Source of the DNA: Ascidiella aspersa
Taxonomy: Eukaryota
NCBI GenBank assembly: GCA_963924565.1
Contig: OZ004613.1
Span: 12,896,001 to 12,960,000, forward strand
Length of the DNA stretch: 64,000 bases
Reading direction: 5' to 3'
Shown: one piece after another, positions 12,101 through 27,100 of the stretch
Layout: every line of letters starts with the position of its first letter
How positions within the stretch are numbered: the stretch's first letter is position 1
Position numbers and translations under genes: made by a program
Notes under the pieces: model-generated
What the model saw: the letters and a program-made list of their open reading frames with translations, nothing else
Told to the model about the DNA's origin: nothing
Databases searched by the model: none

Positions 12101-15100
12101 TTCTTGCGCCTTTTCCTATCGTCGGAACGCTTAGAAAAACGCACAAAAAACAAATGTAGGCTGGAGCAGTGATTCGCAACCTTTTTATCTTACGGGCAGG
12201 TAAAATTTTAATTAAATTTTGCGGCCGGTGGACCTTAATTGTTTGCGGCCGGTGGATCTTCGAAAATCAAAATCAACCTAAAATGTAATTACGACAACAG
12301 TAAGTTAAAAGCAAAACTTCAATTTAATGAGCAATTTGCTGCTATCTTTTTGATATCACACGTGTTATACGTGGTTTTTCGAAGTTTTCCACATACAACA
12401 GGTCTTTTAAGTTTGAGACTTGAAAAGTTGTAGCCTACTTTTAAACAGTATGTGCACAACACTTGCAGCATAGTGATTACTGATTAGTGATGTACGATAA
12501 AGTCCAAAGTAAACCAACCATTACCTCTATGTTACGTCATTAAACTGCAAATTGCGGAACTGGCGAAGTTCTAAATTTGATGAACAAGCCTTCTACATCT
12601 TGCTCTGTTAGCAACTGAGATATAAAATTGTAATATATTTGGCGTACTGGCAGGAAAGTTGACGCGAGAACCACTGGACTAGAGTGCGAGCTGCTTTTTC
12701 ACCGAAGAACTGAAATAAAGGTTTATTTTTCCAACTGTCGGTCAACGATTTACGATCTATATAACATTCGCATGGTATTTGCTTAGGTAAAGAGGAAACA
12801 CGCGCCGACTGAAATGATTTACTCCGATCGCAACCGTGATGTTAAAAAGCTGTGGGACAGTGAATTAATTACGTAGGAAGCGTCCTTTTGTTCAGGAAGC
12901 GGCAATCGTCGGGGCAAACACGAGAACAAGCCCCGGCAAAATAGGTTTGACGAAATCTGTAGACCCATTACGATGTCCATGCTGGCAAGTCGAGAATATA
13001 AGAAAATTGGTTTGTCGTAGGATTCGAACTCACGACCCCAGTCGTCATGGAGTGGGAACGTTGGTCTTATAACTGAGTTAGAAACGTTATCCAACGAAAA
13101 TCGATATTTTTGTTGGTTTCAACACACCCTTAACACGAGGCTTCTGAACAGCTTTTACGCGCATTTAGTTGTAACAAAAACGAGGCCAAGCTAACTAAGT
13201 GCATTTTACCCGGACTGAAAGTATCAAGCCAAATAACTTCGTAGAAAATATAAAAATCGTAAAAAGGTGCCCATGGCGAGACCAGAAAAACTCATCTGTC
13301 GTAAGATTCGAACTCACGACCTCAGCGGTACCGAGACCGTCGTACTCCTAAATCATTTACAAATGCGTATACAGTAAATCGATCACTTTTTTATTGTTAA
13401 AATAAGAGGTTTTGAACAGCTGTTGCGAGCAATATGCTTCGGCGGAAAACGTCACACACGCTTACCGAGATGATTTACTTGAAAAATGGCTACCTTTAGG
13501 AAAAAATCGCATACGTTTGGTGAATAATCGAACACGTTTGTCGCATGTATGGAATCCAATTTTCAGTTTCTTCGATATAAAAGTTGTGGCAACAAGCTAC
13601 AAACTAACGTAGAAGAGCAATCTCCAAATATAAGTTCTAATCGCCAATGATTACAGGAAATTAAACAGCAATTTCACCAAAGAGTATAAATCTTTGCATG
13701 TCAATAATCACAACCGATTTTTCGCTTTCTCGTACCGGTTTTGAACATGAACACGTTTTAGTTGAAAAAACAATTACAGGTTTTACAAACAATTGGATTG
13801 CCAGGAAGAAAAACGACAGAAATCAGACAAAGAAAATAAAGTTAATCTTGATAAAACGCGAGTTTGACAGAAGAGGTGACCGCGAGTAAGGCGTCGACAG
13901 TCGCGCGGTTTTTCTCGATCAATAAACGTCGCGGTGATTTCCTGCCTGTCAAACCGTATAGGCAAAGCTGCGACTGCTCGCCACACATGTCAATATTTGC
14001 CAACGTCATCGGCCCCCTCTTAAAAACGTGACGTCATCACGAAAGAAGATGACTCGATTATGCAAAGTGGGTGGCAGCGGGCGGATGTATATGGATTGCT
14101 CATCAGGCACGAGCATCGCAAGAGTCCGAGCTATAATCTGATTTCGTCTCGTCGCAGAAAAATCGAATATGAAACGAAGCCGGAGTCAATTTTTGTCGCC
14201 AATCGCGTTTGATAAATGCGTCAGCGCGACGCGACAGTCAGTCAAAGCGGCGCGACACACCCGGTAGTGAGGTGTTTGCCTTGTCGCCTATATGCTTGAC
14301 AATACCGCCATAGCATCGCAGAATTTATCTTAATTTGAAATTTTTTGAACGTCGAACACCTAACAATGACGAGATCGGCTAACCGCAGGATGATTCATCG
14401 CCTTCAAATAAATACACCTGTTGGTTGGGATGAGTATTCGCCAAAATCTATTTGTCAAAAAAGTGAAAGTTTTTTTTTCACGTTTTGTTTCAACACCCAG
14501 TTAAAAAACATCCGTCCATTTTTATTACTTATGCTGGGCCGATTTCCACCTCTTTTGGTCACTTTTAATTATAAATGTTTTACAACGTGAAAATCATTGA
14601 GTACAAATCTAAAAGACTTTTCCATCTCGTGACCAAATTACTCCATCTAACTCAGTGGTTCTCAAACTGGGGTCCGCGAGACAATTCTCTGGGACCGCGA
14701 AGCACCTAATAAAAAAAAAATCAACACGACGCTCCTGAAGGAGAATTTTTGGTGCAATAAAACCAAAACCTATACGTGCAAAGTGACATTACGCTAACGT
14801 AATTTCAACGTGTTTGCGCTCGTCATCACAAGCTACGATTAGTTGTTCATTCACGTGATTGCAGATTTGAGTTGAAATGTGCATTGTGACGTCATAGTGT
14901 TGCATTGTGCTAAAGAGAATAGAGTTTTTACAGCTTGCTGCGCTGCCACTGTGGGCTGTACGGTCACGGTTTTTAAAACTGTTCGTGATTGCTTTATTTA
15001 AAAAACTGATTCGTTAGACTCTATGGTCCAAATTATTGTTTTGTCGGTTTTACGGGTTAGTAGCGATATTCTGTAATGTCCACGTATATTACAAAAGCGT

Positions 15101-18100
15101 GTGAGGCAAATTTACAAATTTATGTTCAATGTTTTTCACTAAACATAGATTTTTAAGACGACTTTTTTCGAACAACATAAATAAACCAAAAGCAGTAGGA
15201 CTAATTTAAAAATTTGACAAAAATATAATATCTGAATAACCTAAAAAAGACAAAATTACGCCACAAGAAATCGAGCTTTTAAAATATTATTTTTTTGTCT
15301 GACCAGAAATTAATTGCACAAAAACGCTATACAACCATTTTCATTTTACAGCAAAAAATATATATTAGACGAGGTTTCATTGCACTACGACAAAACCTTG
15401 TATATGTAAGGAACCTGTCCTCTAATTGTGTGTGTCAAACCAAGTCTAGTGAAACGTGTCGTAAGATCAATTTTTCAGTGCACCATTTTGCGTCAACCTG
15501 TCACTGTGGGCACGTAAATCCACGATCGTCCAACGAGAGATGCATCGTATATTTAAAATAGGTTCTTACGGCATATATTTCTTCAATCAACGTTTCGGCT
15601 TACTATACGGCAAGCAGTGTTCCCTCTCTAAGAAAATTTTCTACTGCGCAAATATTTTTTGCAGTGCGCAAAAATATTTTCCGGCTGCGCTGGCAGGGCC
15701 CGCACCAAATCATTGTTTTTTGTATAGGGGCGAGGCGTTTTTTTTAAAGATGACGTCACAAAGCGTGATGTCATGAAATAAATAGTTTTCATAAACTTGT
15801 ATGTGCAACTGCAATCGAGTTAAATATGTGCAAGGCTATGGCAACAATGCGGTCGCTCGAAAAACATATCCGAATATTCGGGTTAAACTGGCAAAACGTA
15901 TACTTTTTTGTAAAATAGGATGCGTGCTGCCTTTAGCGCACAATCAAGGATTACGAACTATTCGCTCATTTGCATTTTTTAAAGATAACTTTGTCAATTT
16001 TTGATCCCACAGCTGTATCTGCACAGGAATCGTGTAAAACAGGAATCGTGTAATCGTCGTGTTAAAAATTTTCGTCCTTAATAATGCATTTCGGTTTCAT
16101 GATCCCGAATTATTGGTCTACACTCCACTGCTGTGTTCGGCACTGTTCTAAACTTCTTTTTTCTTTAATTTCCTGAGTAGACATTCAATTCTACGTGAGA
16201 TAAAAAAACATTCACAGCCGATTAGACAAAGTAATTTATTACGTCACAATCGGCAATGCGGATTTGATTTGTTTACTTGCTTTTAGCTACAAACATCAAC
16301 GAAAAAATGGCCAATGCGAAATGCTCAAACTGTCGTGGCAAAAAAGTTAAATATTTAAGTTTTGAGAAACGATGTAAGTGCGCAAAAGCAAATTTTACTG
16401 CGCAATTTGCCTGGTGTGGCTGCGTAATTGCGCAGTTGCGAACCTTAGAGGGAACACTGACGGCAAGCCTTCGTCAGGGACTGACACACATAGCCAACAG
16501 GACACAAAATAAAATGACACAAAGAAAAAAGGAGATAAAAATGTGCGAGACACGTTCAAACGAGAGATGCATCGGCGAATATCCCGCACAAATGCGTTTG
16601 CACGCCTCTCAACCGTTAATCAATTGCGGCTCATAATCGCAAACTTGATAAAAGGGGGCGTCGGCCGTTGTGGGATAAATCGATGGAGCCACGCCCATTT
16701 TTGTGAATGCTACCAATGCCAGGCTAAAAAGCGACTGGCATATCGCGGGATGGCGACATTCCAAATCGATCAGCGGATTAGGAATTAGCGCCCGTGCGTC
16801 TATCACGCCTGTATATCTTAGTGAGCCGTCCTTCGCGTTTCGAAGTCGCGAGTTAGAAGAGCGATCGATTTGCTGGCTAAGTTTAGTCAAGGGACAGAGG
16901 AGTGGCGAATCTCTCTTCTTAAGCCCGGGGACGCAAAAAAGGACGAGGATTTGTTGCGATATGACACAGCCTTCGCTCTATATGCAAATTCGCTATGCGG
17001 CCTAGTAATGGCTCCGTATGTTCGAAATTTGATTTTGGTTTTCTGAAGCGTTCACCTAATTTTTGAACGAAGATATAGAACAGGTTATTTACCCGGGCTC
17101 TATCCCCAGGGCCAGTCTTCCTAGGTCACGAACATGTAATAATTTAATTATTCGTCATTTTAACTCAAATTTGGTTATTTTATTACAGATACCACCCCTG
17201 CATAGGTCCGTGACGGATTTTCTGAAACAAAATTGATAGTACGACGAAGGGGCCACCATTACTACACTTGGGTAAAATTGCAAACCCTGATAAAAAAGAC
17301 CCACCTATGGTATGAGGAATAATTGATTAAACAAATCGAAACAGTTAAATTCGGCAATCATCTCCGTTTCACATTGGTTCTGCTTTGTAGAATTGGTTTG
17401 ATAAAGTAAAACAGATCTGAAGGACCACGGGTGGTGCCACAAAATAAAAGTCAAGATCAAAGTGTCACCCTAAAAATCGATTTTTGTAGAAAAAAATTGT
17501 TATTTTACCATTGGAAAATATCATGACAACCCATTTTCAAAGTGTAGGGGAAAATGCGCAATTTAACCACAATAAATGGTTACTAAGGATTACAATGTTT
17601 GTTTTTTGTCGATAACGGGTACAAACGTAACACAGCAGGATAAAAATTCGTGGATTCGATACTTCGGTCAAACAAAAAACACAGAAATGCAAAAACCTAT
17701 ATTTTTTCCTCGCGAAAGCGTTTTTATAGTTCATAAGTGGACCCAACTAAAATAGACAATTTTTTAAGCATCGGCTGTGAATTTTTGCATCAAACAAATG
17801 AAACAAAGTAATACTATTGTTTAATTTGAAGCCAAGGCTGCAATGTTTTCTTCAACAACAATGCCAATCGATTATTCATTTTATTGATTGAAAAAGAAAA
17901 CATATTAGTTGGGTTATTCAGACATCAAGTTGACTTACGTTTAGTACACTGGGATATCGACTGCCGTAATCGCATTAAAACATCGAATTACGAACCTAAG
18001 CCGACTGCTTAGTCCATTATTGTCGAAACCGTGTTTATTTAAGATTTTACCATGGCAAATTTAAAACTGTATAACCGCATAACACTTGATTATTCCGTCT

Positions 18101-21100
18101 TCGGTGTAATTGATTTAATAAGAACTGATCCCGATTTTCCATTTGCGGATTCGTTAAGGAAGTTGCGCATTAACCCGTTTATGTGATCCCTACAGCCAAA
18201 ATCCCAATACCACCCCGCAAGGAATTAAATCAATTTTTAGTTGGTTAAAATATCCGTCAGCTTTATTTATTTTATTATTTATACATAGCAAAAAAATAAT
18301 GCTTGATAAAAGCAGACTTACTAACCCATGAGGGTGCCTTAGCCTTAGCATATATTAATTTTAGCCCTGCTTAAAGTCTATGCTGAAAAACTTTGTTTCT
18401 TATAAGTTTTAAATTATCGTTAAAAAATAAGTAACAATAAGTTTATCCTTTATCATCGCATAATGAGAGGTCAAAAAGATTATTTAAAATCGGTTTACGA
18501 CAATTTCGTTAAAACTACGCTTGGCCAAAGAAAACATACTCGTTTATTTAAAGACAAATATTATCCACTAATATCGTCAATTCTGAAAGTTGTACGGAAT
18601 GTACGCTGACCGCATTACTATGTTCAAAGCTGATCAAGATATGCGTTTTTATAATTTTGCAAAAAATTTGCCTGATAATGAATGTCCAAATTACTTTTGC
18701 AGTGTCAATCAAAATCGATCGAGCGTTTTTAATCACACACCGCGGCACAGAGACCGTCCATCGAAGTCTATTTTTCTGCGCTCGAAATAAAATGAAACAC
18801 TCCTGGCTGTAGGAAGGGACATTGATTGAGCCGAGGTACGATCTGTTCTCGTTTACATTTGCAAACAAACCCGTGCATAATTTATGATGAGGCCCGGGCG
18901 GCTTTATCGCTTTAGAGACTAAAGGTTGTGACGGCCGAACACTTGTACGAGCGAAATTGCTTCGTCAATTTTGCAAATTAAATCGCACAATCAACCGTCT
19001 GCGACACCTTGTAAAGAAGTGTCTGTAAGAGAACATAGGTGGAGTTTCTTATCCAATAATCCAATATATAAGGTCAGATTCAAAGGACTTTAAACTTTAA
19101 CAGGGCGAACGATAAAAAGGTTTAAAATTTCGATTTTTACTTATTTAGATTACTTTGGAACGTATGCAGCTTTCCTGATTTCATTAAATTAACTGACAAA
19201 AATTAAGACGATTCTATAACCTGGTTTCTTTACTTTTACGAGTAAGACAATCCACGGACCACGTTAGTGAAAGTCAATGTTCACGATTGAAGAGCATCTC
19301 GAATTTAATCTGCTCGTCAAATGTCGAGGTGAAATTCATTCCAAATGCCAGGTAGGAGTCTTACGCGGCCATGCATAAATCATAGACATCGATCCAATCT
19401 CTCAAATCCCTACAGGGCATACGACCCAGAAATTAGGACCAGTTACTATAATCCTTGACGTTGGCGTAGCGAGTTGGCAACAAAAACGGGTCATTACTTA
19501 GGTGATATGGGCACGCTGGTTGACTCTCCGAATATCGTGTGGAATTTAAAATCTTGCAAAATTTGAGAACGAAACGTCGATTTTCCTAATTAAATTTAAT
19601 TCGGATTGACCAATGCCACCGAGTTTAAAGTCGGCAATTTATAAAAAAGTGCGATTAGCTCGGAATAATGCTGACCAATGCGCTACGGCTAAATGATACA
19701 AAAGCCGAATGAGAAAATTAAAAAACTAAATTGATTTTATTTGAAAACTGAAGCGTTAGCTGTAACCGCAACCACGCTTGAAGTACAAAAATATCGACAT
19801 TTGCCTAAATACATACGGTATATTGTTGGCGATACATGAATAGAGTTCATATTGCGAGTTTGAAGTAAAAAAATTATATGTAGATAATATATATATATAT
19901 ATAAATATAGCAATGGCATTTATGACAAATATTCGTCATGTATTTTGCAGGTATTTAAAAAACGTTTCATAAAAAGAGAAGCCACCAAGCCCAAAGGAAA
20001 AAGAGATTACAACTTTACGGCACGTTGCCGTCTAGTATCAGATCAAAGTATCTCAACATTGACTCAACGCATCAATCAGTCAAGTGCTGAGGGTGTCTAC
20101 AGAGAAGCGGGATCTACTTGTTTGGGGCGCAAAAGTTCCATTATTTCGTTAAAAAGCAAAAAAAAAACGTTTGTTGGAAATTTTGGTACCAAACACATAT
20201 AGACTCCTCCCTTCAAATGCAAATTCTCGCCCGCGGAAAAAACGGTTTTACAGCGCGTCAAAACCGATGTTCGTTGGTTTTAATCGTTTGACATTCTGAG
20301 AAAGTAGAAATCGAGTTTCCAGCAGGCCAAGTTACAGCTTCCGCCTCCTCTATTGACGACGGCTACCTTTCAAGGCAGTAAATCATACGGGACTTGTTTT
20401 TTCTGCTCCACGCGACGATAAAACCTCAAAAAAGCGGTATATTATCACAGACGGCTTGAAATGGTCTATTACCGGATTGGAGTCTATGTTGGATACCCAA
20501 GGCGCACATAATCGACACTGACCGATACTAAAATAAAAAGTTTATTTAAAGGAAATTATTACACAACGCATCACAGACGTTTCCTTTGCATGCCAAAAAA
20601 CATTTTTAGACTATATAATATTTTAAATGGTAAAAATTGGCTTCGATCGCCGTCACTTTTTTCTAAACTAGACGTAGAAAAACTAAATGTTATAGAATGT
20701 GCACGATATCTAGCGTCTTAAACTTACTAAACTTTTAAAGCAAACAATTTAGAAATAAATTCACTTTACGGAACGTTTTGTATCTTTACAATCGCTATTC
20801 ACTGTTGCCCATGTTTATTAGGTGTTATGCAAGATGGCGCCACCTTTTTTGTTTACGTCTTACACTCATTTGCCGATCAAAAATGTTTTCAGATCGGTCA
20901 CTGCCATTTTAAACATTCACATAACTAAGGTGAAAAAATGTACATTAATATACTGATTAGAAATACAAAAAAAATTAGTTTTAGAATTTGTTTCCAGACT
21001 TCCACACAACAAAAGTAAAAACTGTACATTTATTACAAATACAAAAGAATAGTGTTAGAATTTGTTTCCAGCCTTTTGCCGAAATCGACAGACTTTCGAT

Positions 21101-24100
21101 ATTTTTATGTTTTTAAAACCTTTCGATGTTTTTAAAACCCCATTCGCTTTCCCATAAATCGTAGCAAGTAACACGGAATGTCACGTACGCACAGTCCACA
21201 TACTCAATAGGGCGGCGATTGTGTAGCAATGCTGAGCTCCTGCGGCGCTACACGAATGCAAATCAATGTTACATGGAAACCGAACGTCGTTGTCAAAACG
21301 CGACATCAACAACAAGCATACATCTGCGGGTCGCGTGTGGCAACTTCGTGACAAATCGGGTCACCGATGATTTACAAGTTTCAAGTTTTATTTTTCTCCC
21401 CATCCACGCTTATAATACAATACACATGGAAATAGAAAAGTACATAACGTTACCGGATTTGGGGAAGGATCAGCCTTAAACCACAAGTGCTTATACAAAG
21501 AGACCAACCTTTTTTTATTTTAGCAATATATGAGTTTGAATTGGCGAAGAAAAAAGTTGCGAGAAAATATTCAAATAAACACAATTACGACTTTTGCTAG
21601 GACAGTTGTATTCAGCATAGCAAGAGGAAATGTGCTACTCTGAATTATTTCTATTGATAACCGGTCGAGTTCGACAAAGTTTTAGGTCAATGGACGAAAG
21701 GTTATATACTACAGGTTATTTTTACCCTAAGAAATGTGTTTTATCAAACGAATTTGACGAGTCGAAATTAGCTTAGATCGAACTGTCATGTAAAACACTT
21801 TTATTGACAGGAATGGTTATAGCAAAAGTAATGCATTCTAAAAAATACAGTAATACGTGCTACGTTTAAATGAACTGACCGACATTCGCTCATATTTTGT
21901 CAGTAAGATCCGCAATACTTCGCCCAGTCATGAAACTTTGCCATTTCTAATTACGTATGCCACAATAGATGGGAAGGACAGTATAAACTTAAGTTCGCCA
22001 AAAACCAATACGCCTCGAAGCTGCCAAGATTCAGCAGAAACGGTTTTCCAGAAATTGCCCATTTTTGTACCACGTCATCCATTCAATGCACCAAATATCA
22101 ATCGAAAAAAAACAGCAACCTCAAAAATTCACGGAGATCTGGAAAGAAACATTAAACAATATTTTCTGTTTTCTTTAACACCCAGCGCCTGGACGGGTCT
22201 GCTTTTCGGGCGTGTGAACTTTATTCTTTTAATCGGTGACGTCAAACATTCTGCGGTTTTTCGCGTATTTCCACCAAATGCTTCGCGTTGGTTTGACTAA
22301 AAGCACACCAGACCCGCGGGTTTGTACTGTTGTTTAAAACCGCTGAAAACTGCTAAGTGTTCCCAACGTGGTTTTATTAAAAAAACATAACTAACTTTTT
22401 TTCTTTTTAATATCTTAATCACTGCCTCAGCATATACACTTACAATCAGTATCTTCCCTCTATGTTAAAAAAGAATAAATAGTTATTCGAAACGTTCAAA
22501 ATGATACCTACCTCTGTATGGGCTTTGATATTGTTATTACGTCTTACTACAACCTCCAACCATCTTGCTCCAAGGAACTAACTTTTTTTTAAACAAAACA
22601 AATCAGGTTACAAAAGTCTTTCAGCATTATTGAAAACGTTATGTAACAATATGGATTGCACAATAATATTTGAGTTGATTCAACTGGGAAAACGTATACT
22701 TTAGGCTCGACTATTTTGCTAACTGTAACCGCCAACCCTTTTTTGACGGTGGATCACAAACTTAAAACATCAACAGGTATTTCTCTAAAAGCCACCTGGT
22801 TTAACTGATGCGACAAGCAAAGGGTAGATTTGCAGGTGAAATAAGACGTAAACTTCATTTTCCGTGAGTGGTTCAAATTGTGCGCGCCATCCATTCAAAT
22901 GCATTAGCGCAAAGGTAATATACAGTGTATCCATGACAAGCCATCACTTTACTAACCAACGGCTTCAAAACACAACTCACAATTACGAAGAAGAACATCG
23001 GAAATGAAATATAAGATCCCATGCAAAGTTAGGAATGGTTTTGATATTGATCAGTTTGGCTTGTCTATACGGTACTGTATTTTATAGTGCGAAAATAGTC
23101 AAACTCTCCATTTGAGCGCCGTTTTTCTGTAGGTCTCCTTGCATCCACGCATTTTAAATAACACTTCATTCAGAATAGGATAAATATATACGGCCCAAAC
23201 ATAATTTAGTAACATTGCATAAATGTTTAGCTAAAGTTCAGAAGTTTACTAGTAATCGAAGGGTGCAAGGTTGCGCCTCCCCAAAATGTCGGCACCTCTA
23301 TATCTGCAACAAATCAATCGCGTGTGCCTCCCAAAACGCTTACTAAAACCAACCGCCATATAATTGCACTTTCCTATACTTTAAAATCCATTTAAAGACC
23401 CTTATTTTATAGAAGGATATTAATGACACAAACAGTTTGTTCTATCATTACGTCACTTTATTCGAAAAAGCGCAAAGCTAGAAATCGATGAGATGCTAAG
23501 TCACGGGCCTGCCAAGACAAAGACTGCCGCTCTGAAAACTCTGCTATGCATACAGATTCGGTGATTAAGCCAATCGAGAGCTGCATACCGCTCCAACACG
23601 TTCAACTTCACCTTACCATATTATTAATAAGTCAATTAAGGAAAGTCAATCAAGGAAATTTATTCAAAAAACGAAAAAGGAGAAATCGATGAGATTGTCA
23701 CGAGCTGGCAAGTCAAGAGTGCCGCTCTATGTAGGCTCGGTGATTAAGCCAGCCAAGAGCTTCATACTGCTACAACACGATCAACTTTACCTTACCTGTG
23801 ACAGAGGCGTCGAGTTGTTGCTGATGTCGGAGGTGAATGCTGACTTGCCACAGAAGAAGAAGCGAGGCGCCCTGTTGTTGGAGTGGTCTTGGGGGTCGAA
23901 GCTGGGAGGGTCCGAACCAAAGTTGTCGGCCCTAGAACGATATAAAGCCATTCCGTATCAACGTAAACCAATAACGACTATATTAACGTAAACCAATAAC
24001 GACAATCCTATTGGGCAAACTTCCCCTTAACGGTCGAATGTAAACGAAACATTATTTGAAAACGGTTTCGTGTAGTTTTATTTGTTCGTGTATTTAATTT

Positions 24101-27100
24101 TTTTTTACTTTTTCCAAAGATGGATTAATTTTAAAGCTGCTACAATGCCGAGTTATCTTTCTTTAGTATTTTTTTTAACTTGTGTAGATGAGAAACAACA
24201 AAACAGACGATGTATGCAATATTTTATGCTTGATACTCGTTACATACAACGACTATGTAGAGTTACAGTAGAATATAATGAAAGGCATTATGACAGCAAG
24301 CGAAAAGCGAAGATTGAAACATCTCGTGAAATGATAACATTATACACAACACAGAAAAATTTAATATTGATGTTAGATACTAGTTTTGATAAACCCTATG
24401 TTGTGTGAGGAGGGTGTTTTCCTACTTAAGTTAGTTTTGTTTCCGCACGTGATTTTAAGCACATAACGCCTTACCTACGTACAAAAATGAAATGGTTTAA
24501 ATTTTTAAACTTCAGTGATGGATGCCTACTTTAATTTAAAAAATAATTTATTAGGCGTGGAACCTATATGCTGCCAACAACGGACGCGTTTTCGCTGCCA
24601 AAAAATCGCACATCCGTTAATTTGGGACATGAACGTAAACCACATTGAGGGGATCATCGTTTACAATCCCTATGGAGACATTATAACGCATTTTGTTGCG
24701 ACATGGCGGCATCTGTTTCCGAAGTGTGGTATGTTGACAGAGGTAAGTCCAGAAAGACTGAAAAAAACGACCGAACCTTTCGAGCACATTTAGTTAAAAT
24801 AAAGATGCAGCCACGACGAGTTAAATTTTTTCCGTTATCAGAAAAGGTGGTTAATCGTACTTGTCACTTTCTATTCATATAAATTCCTATTTAGCAACCT
24901 ATACCATCGTTACGATACCGAAATCGTAATAAAGTTTAATTACTCAAAAATGTGCGAAGTGTTTAGCTGCGTGATAATTTGCGCATCTTACTTTAAAATA
25001 CTGGCGCAAGGTTATGTCTGCAACACACTGCGAAATGGTAATTTAATCTTTAAGCTCGCTTTCGAATATAAAAAACACAAAATTTTATTAGGCACTTTGA
25101 TCGAATTTCATGATACCGGATTGGCCACTGAGACTGATCATGGCGACAGATATATCCATAACCTAATAGGGCGACAGAATTTGACAAAACGATTGCTGCT
25201 GGATTGACGTTATCTGCAAAACTCAATTAGCAGTTGGCTGCCTTCCACGTGAGTTAGGTTCGTTTCCAACTATACGATGCTTCCATCTCCTATAATGACA
25301 AGTTAGAGAAGTAAAATGAAGACAGGTGGCTGAAATATATAATCACAAGAAAAATCGTTTTCTACAAACGTTGTACATTGTTAATCACGACATTGCCAAG
25401 TTTAGTTAACGCATTTAACAAGGACCGAAACCAAAAACCTAAAGTTAAACTTCCTTAGTACTACTATAGGGTTCGTGTCTCAAAGTAGTCTGAAGGCAGG
25501 CAATGATGGGAAATATTGAAGCAGCATTAGTTGGCTAGGCATTTGCAATTTATTACTGTTAAGCTATCGAGCCGTAATTGGAACGCCCATGTAAATCATC
25601 CAGCTCGCAACCTCTTTGTAACTTTGAAAATCATGTAGCAGCTTGATAATTAAGTTTTGTACTTAAGTTTGCATTTGAAATTAGTACTTTTCTTTACAAA
25701 TTTGATGACGTTATCACAATATGTTTTTTTAGATTTATTACGACCCACCAGGAGTACTTTGGCCTCGAGCACCTTGTTTACTATGGTGACCCTGACATAA
25801 ATAAGGGATTTACAAATCGAAAAGGGCGATAGAAATTGTAAATGTATGTATTTCCAACTGGTGTCTCACAGCTAACGTTCTTAAACACTGCCAAATTACA
25901 TTGAGCAACATGGTGTACCTCTTGTATCAGCCACCGCATTTTTAAGCAGCTTAAATAAATCCCCGCAGTTGTTATCTTGTGGTGTTACACAGTAATCGTA
26001 GCTTGTCTTTTATGAATTGGGAAACGGTGTATAAAATCCCCCTAGAAATCCTATAAAGCGGTTGCAGATTTACTGCTATTACTACATCAGTGCAGCAAGG
26101 GTTAATTCTAAACAGATGATATTTTTTTAAATGCGGCTGCCCGGCCACATAGCAGTTGGTATTACACTGTACTATATCATACGGTTTTAAAAAGGAGTTC
26201 AAATAGAGAGACATCTAATATTGCCTGGGATAAAGGAATTAACGCTTATAAAATAAAAGCGTTCAAAGTTCAAACTAGAATTATGTGAATCACGTCATAG
26301 CTCAATACAATACGTTTTGAAAGAAAAAAAATAGGAAATTGAGTATCTGTGGTGCCAGGGATTCTAACGGGGACCGCAAGAGTACATTTCAATTGTTTAC
26401 ACGATGACTAAAAGCTCCGTAACCCATCAATAGGTTAGTCGCGCACTTTTGTTTTGAAGCAGCTAATCATAACAAGGCGTCCGAGCAAAGGGGCCACGAT
26501 CAGACGCCCACTTCCGCAGCAAGATTTTTTTTTAGTTTAACAGGGACGAAGACAGCCTTTAAAATCGAGTTTCTACTGTGGGTCAAGGTCAGAATCAGCC
26601 AAAAAGCAAGGCCGTGCAATATACAATCGTGCGACCCGAGAACGTCAAATCGAAATCATTCCTGGAGCTTTCGGCAGCTGTCCAACCGCCTGTCGCGACA
26701 ACGAGGTGTCACATCTTACGATACGCCGAGGCAATTCGCCTCGTCAGGTCACGTTAAAGGCCTCGCGTCCGGCGCCGCGACACGTATTGCTTCCTGGACG
26801 GTCGGATTCACAAGGGCGCGTTTCCCGTTTGATTTGCTTCGGGTCCCCAAAGACGCTCGATTAAACTTCGATTTTTGTCACTTGTTATGGCGTGCGACCT
26901 GCGCACTACTTATCTGCAAAGAGAACTCGCTGCGACGTACTTGGAATACAATCGTACGACAACATTCTGTGCACAGAACCACCAGTTTAGCCTAACTACA
27001 TTAGGCCTAAGATAAAAATAAATCCCCGTCAAACCAACTCTATCAAAATTGGCCAATCAAGAAAGTTAAGTTACCAAAAACGATTTTGATCTTGAATGAA

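Noticed and set aside
13012-13350. Functional tRNA genes
   Set aside because: Only T-arm/B-box remnants are present. No acceptor stem or anticodon arm can be folded.
14653-14700. Further MITE ends (CAGTGGTTCTCAAAC at 14653; CAGGCGTGGGCAC at ~45084)
   Set aside because: I found no matching second TIR or TSD, so boundaries cannot be given.
21857-24793. Plus-strand ORFs of 92-147 aa
   Set aside because: They have AT-rich codon usage, mostly non-ATG starts and no motifs. ORF 23689..23991 is antisense to GPCR exon 8.
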